64,000 bases of DNA from an uncultured Latescibacterota bacterium (GCA_951812545.1 OX638317.1:3893987-3957986); one strand, 5' to 3'. Shown: positions 1-9,798, numbered from the stretch's first letter. Notes: a model not told the origin generated them from the sequence alone. Made by a program: numbers and translations.

Positions 1-2810
1 GTGCGGTTCAAATTGGCGGGACGAAACTCCTGAGACTGATTGTTGCGCTGCAACCAGGTTGTGGCACCTTTGCCATCCCAGTTGATCAGACTGTTTTCTT
101 CATCCAGCGACCAGTTATTCAACCCTTCCCCTATTTCAAATAGCTCAACCCGGTTGATCGCCTGGTTGCCAAAGGCATTTCCACGTGAAAAGCGCGTAAT
201 ACCATCCATGGGCCGCGGAAACTCTTCGCCCGTATCGCTGCCATTGACAATGCCGGGACCGGAAACACCTTCGCCAACAAAATCACCGTCGCCATTGGAA
301 TCGTGTGTCCACTCATACCAATAATGCGACAAAAAGTTGCCATCGTTATCAATATAGCCGGCATAGTCCCCAAAGTTTGACGGGTTTTTGGTCGTCAGTC
401 TGTCTGGAGAGATATAGTGATTGCCGCGGACGCCCGAGTTGCCATTTTCAACCCACTGCACATTGTAGGCAATCGTGAACGCGGTCATGTAGTTGAATTT
501 CTTTTTGAGCGACAACTCAAAGCCGCGCGTGTCGCGGTTATTCGTCTGACCCGATGCTCGCACGGTTCGGTTGTGCTGCAAACCCTGATCCTGCATCCCG
601 TAAGCGCCACCACTGCGGCGGAAGACCTGTTGCTTATAATACGCCGTCAAACCCGCCGTGTAATCCGTGATGAAGTTCCAGTCTGCACCCACTTCAAAAC
701 TCGTGGTTACCAGCGGCTTGATCTTCGGCCATCCCCACTGCCCCGCATCCACAACATCCAGTGAGTTGTTTATCTCAGACTCGTCAATCCGACCATTCTG
801 GTTCAAATCCAGAAACTCCTCTTCGGTGCGGTAACTGTGAGAGAAAATCCACCAGAACTGCTCGATCTGTTCAAACTTGCCAAAGGTGAAGTGCATCGCA
901 CTACTCTCCGTAATCGGATGCGACACACCCACGCGCGGCGACAACACATGGATTGCTCCCGGGCGGTAGGTCGGGATACCCTCGACCTTTGTCGGATCGT
1001 GATATCTGTAAAACGGAATAAAATGTTCTGACTGTGGCATCTCGGTATTCGGGCTCCAGCGCAAGCCGCGCAAGCCCACATTCACCACAATGCCCTCAAA
1101 CTCCATTTTGTCCTGGAAATACACGGCATACTGACGAGGCACCACGCCGACATTGGGATTGTTGAACTGGCTGTAAAACTGCTCAACCAGACCCCTGAAG
1201 TCGTTTTTGTTGCGGGTGAAACCCCAGTTGTCGTAGAACAAAAAGTCAATACCGGTTTTGATGAAGTGCCCCTTGGTCACCTGGCTCGAATAATCGACCT
1301 TGAGCTGATAGCGGTCGCGCTTTGAATTTGTCCAGTTCACCACCGGGCGGCCAATGTAGAACCAGCCAGAGTCATTGCCAATGCCCGGCTCGACATAAGG
1401 CTGATCTGTATTGAACGGCACTTCCGTATTCACTTCAGATGTGCGGGAATACGAGAATCGAATTTCGTAAAAGGTGCGTGCTGACAGCGTGTGAGTCAAA
1501 GTCACGTAATTTAGAAAATCGCGCGTGCGCCGCTTGCCCGCCCCCGAGTATTCGGTCGGCACAAAGAGGTTGCGGCCAGAAGAGTTCATATTCTTGCGCG
1601 AACCCTGTTCAATGCGCCGAATAACGCCCGCGTTATACCGAGAACGCTGATTGAACAGAGATCCATAGTTAAATCTGATGTTATTACCCGGGCGATACGT
1701 CAGCTTGAAATTCGTGCGGTTGTTGGGCAGTGATACCGCCGTGGGCGCGGGAAAAGACGACGGACTGCGATTCATTGAAGACGTCAGCGTGAAGCCAATT
1801 CTTCTCATAATCGGACCGCCCAGCATTGCTTCGCCGCGACCGCCCCACACGCCCGTGTAATCCTGACGCACGTGAACCTTGCGCTGAACATCGTCGGCGG
1901 CAAACTGAGAATCCGTTATCTCTCCCGTCTGATTGTCGTGCCCCAATGTCCCATCGGGACCGGGATACCACGCTTGCAAGTTTTCCCACTCGGCATTGCC
2001 CCACTGCATCCTGCCGCGATGCACGGGCGATTCATACACATTGTTGCCCCAGTGCTTTTGCCCAGGAGGCGTAATGCGATATTCGCCCCTGCCCGTGTAC
2101 CTCTGACCGCCTTCTTTGGTCACCACCGAAACGACTGAACCCGCATTGCCATACTCCGCGTTCATCCCACCACTCAACACCGTCAGTTCTTGCACGGCAC
2201 TCGTGTTCACGCCTTGAAAACGCGTAAATCCGGCACGCGCATCGTTGTTCACCACGCGCACCCCATCGACCATATACGCCGTCTCCCAGAAGTTGCCACC
2301 GCGAACACTCTCCTCTTCGTCGGGGGTCACGCCTGCCTGCAACTCTACAAAGTCCGACATCTCGCGAATAATTGGCAAAGACTCGATCTCTTCTGCCGTA
2401 ATAACGGACTTACTCTCCGTCTTGTCGTGCTCCACTGCCGGACGCTCGGCAACGACGATCATCTCACCCAATTGCAGCGCTTCCTCCTGCATATCGAAGT
2501 TCACCGTCGTGGTGTGGTCAACATTGACTATCACACCCGTGCGAACAGACTTTGAATACCCCATCATCACCGTTTCAATATCATAGTTTCCCGGCGGGAT
2601 ATTAATGATGAAGTATTCGCCGTTCTCATCGGTGATCCCGGCGCGTTTCACGCCATCGATATCGATCACCACATTGGCACCGGGCAGTGGATCACCTGTA
2701 GTCTCAGTGACCCGTCCACTGATTTTACCCGTTGTGCCCGCTTCTGCCAACCCGGTGCTGATCACCAGGGCGACCAGCAGACCCAGACAACACAATAGTC
2801 GCTTGCTCAT
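1..2810 (-). CDS. TonB-dependent receptor with N-terminal carboxypeptidase-regulatory-like domain (3' end runs off window)
   Basis: Not in ORF track because there is no stop in the window. ATG at 2810 with GGAGGG RBS. Translation MSKRLLCCLGLLVALVISTGLAEAGTTGKISGRVTETTGDPLPGANVVI...GITDENGEYFIINIPPGNYDI; the frame is still open at position 1. Confidence 0.9.
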   Translation of the reverse strand, partial: MSKRLLCCLGLLVALVISTGLAEAGTTGKISGRVTETTGDPLPGANVVIDIDGVKRAGITDENGEYFIINIPPGNYDIETVMMGYSKSVRTGVIVNVDHTTTVNFDMQEEALQLGEMIVVAERPAVEHDKTESKSVITAEEIESLPIIREMSDFVELQAGVTPDEEESVRGGNFWETAYMVDGVRVVNNDARAGFTRFQGVNTSAVQELTVLSGGMNAEYGNAGSVVSVVTKEGGQRYTGRGEYRITPPGQKHWGNNVYESPVHRGRMQWGNAEWENLQAWYPGPDGTLGHDNQTGEITDSQFAADDVQRKVHVRQDYTGVWGGRGEAMLGGPIMRRIGFTLTSSMNRSPSSFPAPTAVSLPNNRTNFKLTYRPGNNIRFNYGSLFNQRSRYNAGVIRRIEQGSRKNMNSSGRNLFVPTEYSGAGKRRTRDFLNYVTLTHTLSARTFYEIRFSYSRTSEVNTEVPFNTDQPYVEPGIGNDSGWFYIGRPVVNWTNSKRDRYQLKVDYSSQVTKGHFIKTGIDFLFYDNWGFTRNKNDFRGLVEQFYSQFNNPNVGVVPRQYAVYFQDKMEFEGIVVNVGLRGLRWSPNTEMPQSEHFIPFYRYHDPTKVEGIPTYRPGAIHVLSPRVGVSHPITESSAMHFTFGKFEQIEQFWWIFSHSYRTEEEFLDLNQNGRIDESEINNSLDVVDAGQWGWPKIKPLVTTSFEVGADWNFITDYTAGLTAYYKQQVFRRSGGAYGMQDQGLQHNRTVRASGQTNNRDTRGFELSLKKKFNYMTAFTIAYNVQWVENGNSGVRGNHYISPDRLTTKNPSNFGDYAGYIDNDGNFLSHYWYEWTHDSNGDGDFVGEGVSGPGIVNGSDTGEEFPRPMDGITRFSRGNAFGNQAINRVELFEIGEGLNNWSLDEENSLINWDGKGATTWLQRNNQSQEFRPANLNR

Positions 2811-2875
2811 TTACGACCCTCCATAAAAAATGGTGAGTGATAGCCCAGTTCCCCATATTGGAGAACTGAATCTCT

Positions 2876-3691
2876 TTACTCGAAATAATATTTAAAACTC
2901 ACGCCAGCATCCACTGTCCCTATTGGAAATGCCTTATTCATTCCCCAGGCGGTCAATGGATTGATCTCGCCAAAGATGAGATTGTAGCGCACGCGAAAAT
3001 CAAGCCCATAAGAAGAACCCAGCGATCCCTCAAAACCAGCACTCACGGGAATCGTCCACGCTGTCCGCGTATCCTCTGTGGGTTCCTTCCCATATAATAA
3101 CACCTGGCCATTGACAATCAGACCAATGCTTTTCTTTTGCGCTTCGGTCATAGTCGAAGCATCTAAGTCCGGACTGCCGGGATACACCAGCAGAACTTGC
3201 ACGCGTCCGTCACTCACCTCATTGGGAATATTGGGATTGGTTGGGATAATCAAGCCATGCTTCACCTTGTGGCTATAATCGTAAAAACCCAGGCCCAAAC
3301 CCAGATAAGGCGACCACTTCCGTTCGGACATTGTCTCGGCATTTTCCCGGAAAAACCACAGCCAGTTCGATGCCACACTATTCCAGGTCATCTCAGAATC
3401 CGCATCGGGACTTGAGACCTGACGACCTCTATATTCAAACGTGCGCCCGGGAAGATTTGAATTGCGAAACTTCGAGTAGTGATACTCCACCTCTGTGGTC
3501 AAACGCGGAGAAACCACATAACTCACATTCAACCCGTACTTCAAATCACCAGCATACCAGCCGCTCAAAGAACCCGTTGGCTGGTGATAGTTCACCAACC
3601 CGCCAATAGCCCACAGATCCGCATCGCGGGCATCGGCGGAAGATACAGCAAATAAGAAAACCCCGGCGTACAAAACTAAAAATCTTTTCAA
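2876..3691 (-). CDS. Outer-membrane beta-barrel protein
   Basis: Signal peptide, alternating beta strands (SPYLGLGLGFY, YGLDFRVRYN), C-terminal aromatic end (GVSFKYYFE). Confidence 0.75.
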   Translation of the reverse strand: MKRFLVLYAGVFLFAVSSADARDADLWAIGGLVNYHQPTGSLSGWYAGDLKYGLNVSYVVSPRLTTEVEYHYSKFRNSNLPGRTFEYRGRQVSSPDADSEMTWNSVASNWLWFFRENAETMSERKWSPYLGLGLGFYDYSHKVKHGLIIPTNPNIPNEVSDGRVQVLLVYPGSPDLDASTMTEAQKKSIGLIVNGQVLLYGKEPTEDTRTAWTIPVSAGFEGSLGSSYGLDFRVRYNLIFGEINPLTAWGMNKAFPIGTVDAGVSFKYYFE

Positions 3692-3755
3692 AAGTGCCTC
3701 CTTCGGTTTGGGGTGAGCAAAAAAATCCCTCTTTTTTATCTTAATCCTTAATCAT

Positions 3756-3794
3756 GGAACGCGAGTGCTGATCTCGTGGTCTAATCCTGCGAAA
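3756..3794 (+). promoter_or_regulatory. Putative ECF-sigma promoter (GGAAC-N18-GTCTAA); near-identical copy of the element upstream of the ECF sigma gene
   Basis: GGAACGCGAGTGCTGATCTCGTGGTCTAATCCTGCGAAA matches 16501..16463 (- strand) at 36/39 nt. Confidence 0.6.
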
Positions 3795-4234
3795 TAGACA
3801 GATAGAATAGACAAATCAGCGAATAAACAGTACAACTGGTTTTCGGGTAAACAAAAAGAGGGGACAGTATAATGCCGAATAACAGGCAAAACAAGCGATT
3901 TATAAAGCACACAAAAAGCTGTTGAAAATCGAGATTGTCTTGTGTTTTTGCGTGCAAAAAATAAGCTCAACAGACCCGAAATTATATATACTTCAATTCT
4001 AAATATATATATCTCATTACAGAACAATGTTTTACGAAAAATATATATTTAAAAAACTTATCGGATGTAACGCTCAAAATAAGAATCTCTAAAATATTAT
4101 ATTAAAGCGTAAGCGAATAGAAATAAAAGAGTTAAAACAACCTTGTCAACGAAAAGTTTGTTAAAATATGTAACAGGACAAATATTTTGATTTATAGAGC
4201 CCACTGGTCTTTGAAAAAATGACAAGAAAAACCT

Positions 4235-4700
4235 CTGGATCGCGGCTAAAAACTTGCCGCGATGACGGCACTATTAATAGGATTGATTGATGATAAGCAA
4301 AACCTACGCGATGTGTGACTTTAAAAATAAATACACTATACACCCTGTCATGCTGAGGAAGCCGATAGGCTGACGAAGCATCTGTTACCCATGCACACTG
4401 TTGAGACAGCAGATTCTTCGACTCCGCTGCGCTCCGCTCAGAATGACAGTGCTCATTTGACCTTTGATCTTGAAGTCACACATGACGTCAAAACCTTCTG
4501 GATCGCGGCTTTAAGCATGCCGCGATGACGGCACTATGGATAGGATTATACTATGACAAGCAAACCTTCTGGATCGCGGCTAACATCATGCCGCGATGAC
4601 GACGATATTAATGGGTTTGATTGATGACAAACAAACCTCTGGATCGCGGCTAACATCATGCCGCGATGACGGCGACGGGCGAGGCATGCCTCGCCCCTAC
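4235..4700. repeat. Cluster of REP-like hairpins: four CTGGATCGCGGC-loop-GCCGCGATGACG units in ~70 bp tandem units, plus one GTAG-type hairpin
   Basis: Copies at 4235, 4498, 4569 and 4639; GGGCGAGGCATGCCTCGCCCCTAC at 4677-4700. Confidence 0.9.
4306..4488. mobile_element. MITE family A, copy 1
   Basis: TIRs ACGCGATGTGTGACTT / AAGTCACACATGACGT; 8-bp TSD CAAAACCT (4298-4305, 4489-4496); internal TGTCATGCTGAG...GAAGCATCT / AGATTCTTCG...CTCAGAATGACA doublet. Confidence 0.88.
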
Positions 4701-4714
4701 ATTGATGTGTAAGG

Positions 4715-5710
4715 TCAACGCATTTTCAAAATCCGATTGATCTCTGTCGCATTCAATTTTCTTTCAAAACGCGGACCGTATTTGGCGACAACGCGCGAGG
4801 ACACATACGTTGCGAGCCTCGCGGCCTGAGCCGCGTCATACCCCCGGGTCACAGCAAACAAATACGCCCCGGCAAACGAATCGCCCGCGCCATTGGTATC
4901 CACAGCATCTACCACAAAACCCGGCACCTGCAACACATCACCACCGTCGCAAACCCGGGCACCATCAGCACCATACGTCAGAGCCAAACCGCCTACTCGT
5001 TGACGCAACGCACCAAAAGCCTCTTCTGTTGTCTCGGCACCAGTAAATATCCTGCCCTCATCTTCATTGCAAAACAGCATATCCACGCCTGCATCCACCA
5101 ATGCAGTCATCCTATCCTTAAAAGCAGCCACAATAGACGGATCGCTCAGCGTGAGCGCGACCTTTGTACCGTGCGCCTGCGCCACCTTTTGCGCCGCCTG
5201 TGCCGCTTCAAAGCCATCGTCTGCCGCAATTAGATAACCCTCGATATAAATAAACTGGCTGTCGGCAATCACAGCATCCTCAACCTGCGCCACACCAAAC
5301 GTACTCGTAATCCCCAAAAATGTATTCATCGTGCGATCCGCATCCTCTGTAATCATCACCAGACACTTGCCCGTAACCCCTTGCCCGAGATGTGACGGAT
5401 TGGACGCCACCCCTGCAGCACTGAGATCGCGAAGATAAAATTCGCCATCTGCATCCTCAGCCACCTTACATCCGTAATATCCCTGTCCACCACAATTGGC
5501 CAGCGCGATCATCGTATTGGCTGCCGAACCGCCCGACGAGCGCGCCATCTCTTTCCCGCCCAAAGCATCGATCAACGCGCGCTGACGATCTCCATCGATC
5601 AGCGTCATCACACCCTTATCGATCCCCATCGCCTCGAAAAACGACGGATCAACCCGAAACTGAATATCCACCAGCGCATTGCCCAGCCCATACACATCGT
5701 ATTGACGCAT
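4715..5710 (-). CDS. PfkB-family carbohydrate/adenosine kinase
   Basis: GLGNALVD, SGGSAANT and DTNGAGDSFAG motifs. Confidence 0.9.
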   Translation of the reverse strand: MRQYDVYGLGNALVDIQFRVDPSFFEAMGIDKGVMTLIDGDRQRALIDALGGKEMARSSGGSAANTMIALANCGGQGYYGCKVAEDADGEFYLRDLSAAGVASNPSHLGQGVTGKCLVMITEDADRTMNTFLGITSTFGVAQVEDAVIADSQFIYIEGYLIAADDGFEAAQAAQKVAQAHGTKVALTLSDPSIVAAFKDRMTALVDAGVDMLFCNEDEGRIFTGAETTEEAFGALRQRVGGLALTYGADGARVCDGGDVLQVPGFVVDAVDTNGAGDSFAGAYLFAVTRGYDAAQAARLATYVSSRVVAKYGPRFERKLNATEINRILKMR

Positions 5711-5722
5711 AAGATCTCCTCA

Positions 5723-6032
5723 ACGAATAGACGAATAGACGAATAGACGGAGCGGGGTACAACTGGCCGCCTCTCAGGCCAGTTCATAGACGAATAGACG
5801 AATAGACGAATAGACGAATAGACGAATAGACGAATAGACGAATAGACGAATAGACGAATAGACGAATCAACGAATCAACGAATCAACGAATCAACGAATC
5901 AACGAATCAACGAATCAACGAATCAACGAATCAACGAATCAACGAATCAACGAATCAACGAATCAACGAATCAACGAATCAACGAATCAACGAATCAACG
6001 GAACGAGGTACAACTGGTTCAGGCCAGTTCAT
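5723..6032. repeat. Compound 8-bp tandem repeat (ACGAATAG)x3 + hairpin + (ACGAATAG)x9 (ACGAATCA)x17 + hairpin
   Basis: Directly visible; GTACAACTGG...CCAGTTCAT palindromes at ~5750-5787 and ~6005-6032. Confidence 0.97.
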
Positions 6033-6104
6033 AGACGAAAAAGAAAAAAACTCTATATGTCGTTGTACCGCAACATTAAAATTATAGTGATCAGAAAAAA
6101 CTTC

Positions 6105-6193
6105 CTGGATCGCGGCTTAAAGCATGCCGCGATGACGAAGGCACGGAGACTGCGGGTAGCAGTCAGCGGGCGACTACAGGGGGTCGCCCCTAC
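6105..6193. repeat. REP-like hairpins (CGTC-type at 6105-6137, GTAG-type at 6168-6193)
   Basis: CTGGATCGCGGCTTAAAGCATGCCGCGATGACG; GGGCGACTACAGGGGGTCGCCCCTAC. Confidence 0.85.
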
Positions 6194-6202
6194 AAACCAC
6201 AC

Positions 6203-7510
6203 TCATGGATGTAATCTATTGGGCGTGCGGGACAAAAAAGTCGTCTCGCGCACATTGGACAAGCCGAGCATAACCATAAGCAGGCGCGACAGGCCAAAAC
6301 CAAATCCCCCGTGCGGAGGACATCCGTACTTAAAAAAATCGAGATAAAACTGGATAACCTCTAAATCCAGCCCTTTCTCTCTCGCCTGAGTCCTCAGAAC
6401 ATCGGGACAATGTTCGCGCTGCGCCCCTGTAGTGATCTCCACACCATGGCAGAGCAGGTCAAAGCTCCTGGTCAACTCAGGATATTCTGCATGGCGCATG
6501 TGATAAAATGGTCGCACAGACACCGGGTAATCTATCACAAAAACATAATCGCACCCCCGGGTTTTGCGGATATATTCACCCAGCAGACGTTCTCCCTTTG
6601 GATCGAGGTCGCCTTCCCGCTCTGGCGTGTGGCCCAGTTCAGACAACACTGCCAATGCCTCGGCCATTGTAACGCGCGGAAAAGGCAGCGCTGGCACCGC
6701 AAGTTCAACACCGCAATTTTCGGCAATAGCGTCACCGTGTCTTTCTCGCACTACTTGAATAACATACTGGAGCCATGCTTCTTCAAATGCCATCACATCC
6801 TCGTGACTATCAATCCATGCGATCTCGACATCCACACTGGTAAACTCCGTCGTATGGCGCGAAGTAAATGAGGGATCGGCGCGAAAAACGGGCGCAATCT
6901 CAAACACGCGATCAAAACCAGACGCCATCGCCATCTGTTTGTAAAACTGGGGCGACTGCGCCAGATAAGCTGTGGTATTGAAATACGGCAGCGCGAACAA
7001 CTCAGCTCCCGATTCACTGGCTGTGCCCATAAGCTTGGGAGAGTGAATTTCGATAAAATGATCTCGCATCCAATACTCGCGCATAGCCCCTTCAACAGTA
7101 GTTTGTACCTCAAAAATCAACCGATTGCGCGGAACGCGAAGATCGAGATGTCTCCAGTCCAGCCGATGATCAATACCCGGTGCATTTTCGGAAAACGGAT
7201 CCAGAGGCAATGGCGATTTAGCTACATTGACAACACTCAGTTCTGCAAGCTGAATTTCAACACCACCCAGACGAACATTCGGATTTTCTACAACGCGTCC
7301 GCTTATAGTTATCGCCGATTCTCGCGTGAGAGCAGAAACCCGCTCTGCCAACGCCCCTGTCTTTTCGTGAACAACCTGTACACTTCCCGTGCGATTTCTC
7401 AAAATGAGAAATTGGACATGCTTCTGGTCGCGCAGGGCATGCACCCATCCGTGAAGGGTAACGGTTTGGCCGATATATTTGGACAGTTCACATATTGCTA
7501 TGTATTTCAT
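6203..7510 (-). CDS. aspS: Aspartate--tRNA(Asp/Asn) ligase, short archaeal-type, probably non-discriminating
   Basis: OB-fold N-terminus (GWVHALRD), AYLAQSPQFYKQ, FRADPSFTSRHTTEF, GCPPHGGFGFGLSR; 435 aa, lacking the bacterial GAD insertion. Confidence 0.92.
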   Translation of the reverse strand: MKYIAICELSKYIGQTVTLHGWVHALRDQKHVQFLILRNRTGSVQVVHEKTGALAERVSALTRESAITISGRVVENPNVRLGGVEIQLAELSVVNVAKSPLPLDPFSENAPGIDHRLDWRHLDLRVPRNRLIFEVQTTVEGAMREYWMRDHFIEIHSPKLMGTASESGAELFALPYFNTTAYLAQSPQFYKQMAMASGFDRVFEIAPVFRADPSFTSRHTTEFTSVDVEIAWIDSHEDVMAFEEAWLQYVIQVVRERHGDAIAENCGVELAVPALPFPRVTMAEALAVLSELGHTPEREGDLDPKGERLLGEYIRKTRGCDYVFVIDYPVSVRPFYHMRHAEYPELTRSFDLLCHGVEITTGAQREHCPDVLRTQAREKGLDLEVIQFYLDFFKYGCPPHGGFGFGLSRLLMVMLGLSNVRETTFLSRTPNRLHP

Positions 7511-7535
7511 GACAGATTCCTTTTGATTTCAGGTA

Positions 7536-7608
7536 ATGTGGAAAAGATGCTTCGACTCCGTTTCACTCCGCTCAGCATGACAAAAACGCCTGACATGCGT
7601 AACGTCAG
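7536..7608. mobile_element. Remnant of MITE family B (half REP doublet plus one TIR) in the aspS 5' leader
   Basis: GGAAAAGATGCTTCGACTCCG...CTCAGCATGACA followed by TGCGTAACGTCAG, resembling the end of the element at 13965-14118. Confidence 0.6.
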
Positions 7609-7616
7609 TCAGACAC

Positions 7617-7652
7617 AAAAAAAGCCCGTTGTCAAAAAATATGACAACGGGC
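7617..7652 (-). terminator. Intrinsic terminator of the aspS attenuator
   Basis: mRNA GCCCGUUGUCA-loop-UGACAACGGGC followed by U7. Confidence 0.9.
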
Positions 7653-7676
7653 ACTTTCATGATGGCACAAGACGAC

Positions 7677-7775
7677 CTATGCCGGTCCAGCCCGTCGCCG
7701 GATCGGATTATTATCGTCATTATTATTGCCAGTGAACTGAGCGATTTGGAAATAGTGTATATGCATGGTATTCAT
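7677..7775 (-). CDS. Putative aspS leader peptide MNTMHIHYFQIAQFTGNNNDDNNPIRRRAGPA
   Basis: Seven consecutive Asn/Asp codons (7727-7707). ATG overlaps the upstream stop (ATGA). GGCGACGGGC (7699-7690) is complementary to the terminator 5' arm. Confidence 0.82.
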   Translation of the reverse strand: MNTMHIHYFQIAQFTGNNNDDNNPIRRRAGPA

Positions 7776-8509
7776 CCAGTTTTTCTCCCACCAAAAACAG
7801 CCAGCTCAAACAGCTTGAAATAACAATCTACATCTGAAAAACCAATAGCGCTGAGCCATTCACATTGATCTTCAACAGACGCGAGAATATTCGCCTGCTT
7901 ATCATCGCGATAATAATAAGCCCTTGCAATTTCATCGCGAGATGCATTTGGATCTCGCAGCGTGACAGAATCGTAAAGCGAGTCAATAAAGCGATCGGCA
8001 AAACGCGACTCAACCCACTTTGACGGAGAGCGAACATGCTCGACATTGACAAACACGCCATAGGGTGAAAGCAGATCAAAAATCTCGCCATAAACCTCGC
8101 GCTTGCGTTCATCGCTCTGGTGATGAATTGAAAAACCCGACACAATCGCGTCATACGGCGCGTCATCTGCAACCAGACTGAGCCAATCGGACGTCACATA
8201 ATCCCCAATAACAAAACGATGTTGCGACGCCGTTCCCGCAAATCGTTTCCGCGCAGCCTCGATCATAGCCTCAGAAAAATCCACAAAAACACCGCGCGCA
8301 TCCGGATGGTATTCAATAACCGCAGCGCCGAGTATGCCATCGCCACATCCCAGATCGAGCACGGTATTCACCCTGTGATCATCCGCATTGATCACCCGGC
8401 ACATAACGGCAATCTGCTCATCGGACAGCGGAATTGCCTGCCGAATATTCTTGAGATATTTCTGCGCCAGATCCCGCGCCTGCCAGGCTGTATCTTTGCG
8501 TTTGCCCAT
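7772..8509 (-). CDS. Class I SAM-dependent methyltransferase (CmoA-like)
   Basis: VLDLGCGDG motif I; YDAIVSGFSIHH. Confidence 0.88.
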   Translation of the reverse strand: MGKRKDTAWQARDLAQKYLKNIRQAIPLSDEQIAVMCRVINADDHRVNTVLDLGCGDGILGAAVIEYHPDARGVFVDFSEAMIEAARKRFAGTASQHRFVIGDYVTSDWLSLVADDAPYDAIVSGFSIHHQSDERKREVYGEIFDLLSPYGVFVNVEHVRSPSKWVESRFADRFIDSLYDSVTLRDPNASRDEIARAYYYRDDKQANILASVEDQCEWLSAIGFSDVDCYFKLFELAVFGGRKTG

Positions 8510-8511
8510 GA

Positions 8512-9705
8512 TTACAACACCTTATTCCGATACAAACATAAAATCGACAACATGCCAAAAAACAAAAACGCAACACCCGATACAAACAGTGCTGTACCCA
8601 ATGAGTAAGTATCATTGACCCAGCCAATCGCGGGACCCATGATTACAAACATCAGGCGACCGACGAGATTTTTAACCGACAGCACAGTCGCGCGAATATC
8701 CGAACTCACCAGGCGATTGATATAGTCATTCAGCACGGGACCATTAATCCCGCGCACAAGAGAAAAAGTGAACAAAATCGGCAGTGCCCACAGCGTTTGA
8801 AATTGGCTCAAAAGCAAATAAGCCAGCGACGACAAAATAATAAAAAATATTAACGACCAACGACGACCGAGCAAACCCTCAACGCGATAAGCCATCAACG
8901 CAAACACACCAACCGAAAAATTTAAAACCGCCCACCCAATACCAAAATACCTCAGCGGCAAATCGACCACCTGAAAATACGGTTGCACAAACCAGACAAT
9001 CACAAAAGTAGAAAGCCCCACGAGCGACGAGTAAAGAATAAGCCACTTGACCTCAGCGTGCCCATGAAGCGCGTACCGAACGATCCTGAGTATGCTCGTA
9101 AAACTACTCTCGCGATTCGCGATCCTGTATCGCTCTGGCTCAACAAGCGTAAACGCAATAGGCACTGTAAGTATCACCAGCACGGCTTCGACATAAAGCG
9201 GCGTACGCAAACTAATCAGCGCCAACTCACCGCCAATAATGGCAGCGATACCCTCGGAAAAATTGCCAACAGAACCCAGGCGACCCGCATATTTTTGAAA
9301 TTGCTCTTTTCTCTCCAATTCGATCAATGTATCGTAAAGCAACGCACTATCTGCGCCTGAAATCAAGCTACCGCCAATCCCGAGCAGCAGTTCCACGAGC
9401 AAAAATTCGTAAAACGTATAAGCAGTCGCATACAGCACAAATGCAACAGCCCCGATAACACTGCCAATGATAAGCGTGAATTTGCGCCCCACCACATCCG
9501 CGATATATCCCGATGGCACCTCGAACACAATCAGCGACACCGAAAACGCCGCTTGCAAGATCAGAATATCTTGCATATCGAGCCCATTCTCCTGAAAAAA
9601 CGGAATGAGCACGGGCATGATAAGCAGCATCCATCTCAAAGCTTTGTGAACATAGAGCTTCCATATATTATGGTGCAAAGCGTTCATTGTTTTTTTATTT
9701 CGCAA
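8512..9705 (-). CDS. MFS transporter
   Basis: About 12 hydrophobic segments; EVPSGYIADVVGRK motif A; SGADSALLYD. Confidence 0.9.
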   Translation of the reverse strand: MRNKKTMNALHHNIWKLYVHKALRWMLLIMPVLIPFFQENGLDMQDILILQAAFSVSLIVFEVPSGYIADVVGRKFTLIIGSVIGAVAFVLYATAYTFYEFLLVELLLGIGGSLISGADSALLYDTLIELERKEQFQKYAGRLGSVGNFSEGIAAIIGGELALISLRTPLYVEAVLVILTVPIAFTLVEPERYRIANRESSFTSILRIVRYALHGHAEVKWLILYSSLVGLSTFVIVWFVQPYFQVVDLPLRYFGIGWAVLNFSVGVFALMAYRVEGLLGRRWSLIFFIILSSLAYLLLSQFQTLWALPILFTFSLVRGINGPVLNDYINRLVSSDIRATVLSVKNLVGRLMFVIMGPAIGWVNDTYSLGTALFVSGVAFLFFGMLSILCLYRNKVL

Positions 9706-9757
9706 CGCAAATTATTGGACGTCGAACCTGACTCCTGCTCTAAGGGGGACTGGGGGT

Positions 9758-9798
9758 ATCCTGCTCATCCTTTCATCCTGAAAATCCTGATTCTGACA
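9758..9798. repeat. Short degenerate ATCCT-periodic intergenic repeat
   Basis: ATCCTGCTCATCCTTTCATCCTGAAAATCCTGATTCTGACA. Confidence 0.5.

Noticed and set aside
4235-4700. CRISPR-like array of ~33-bp palindromic repeats with ~37-bp spacers
   Set aside because: The spacers resemble each other, the repeat loops vary, the same repeat is dispersed singly across the window, and no cas genes are present.
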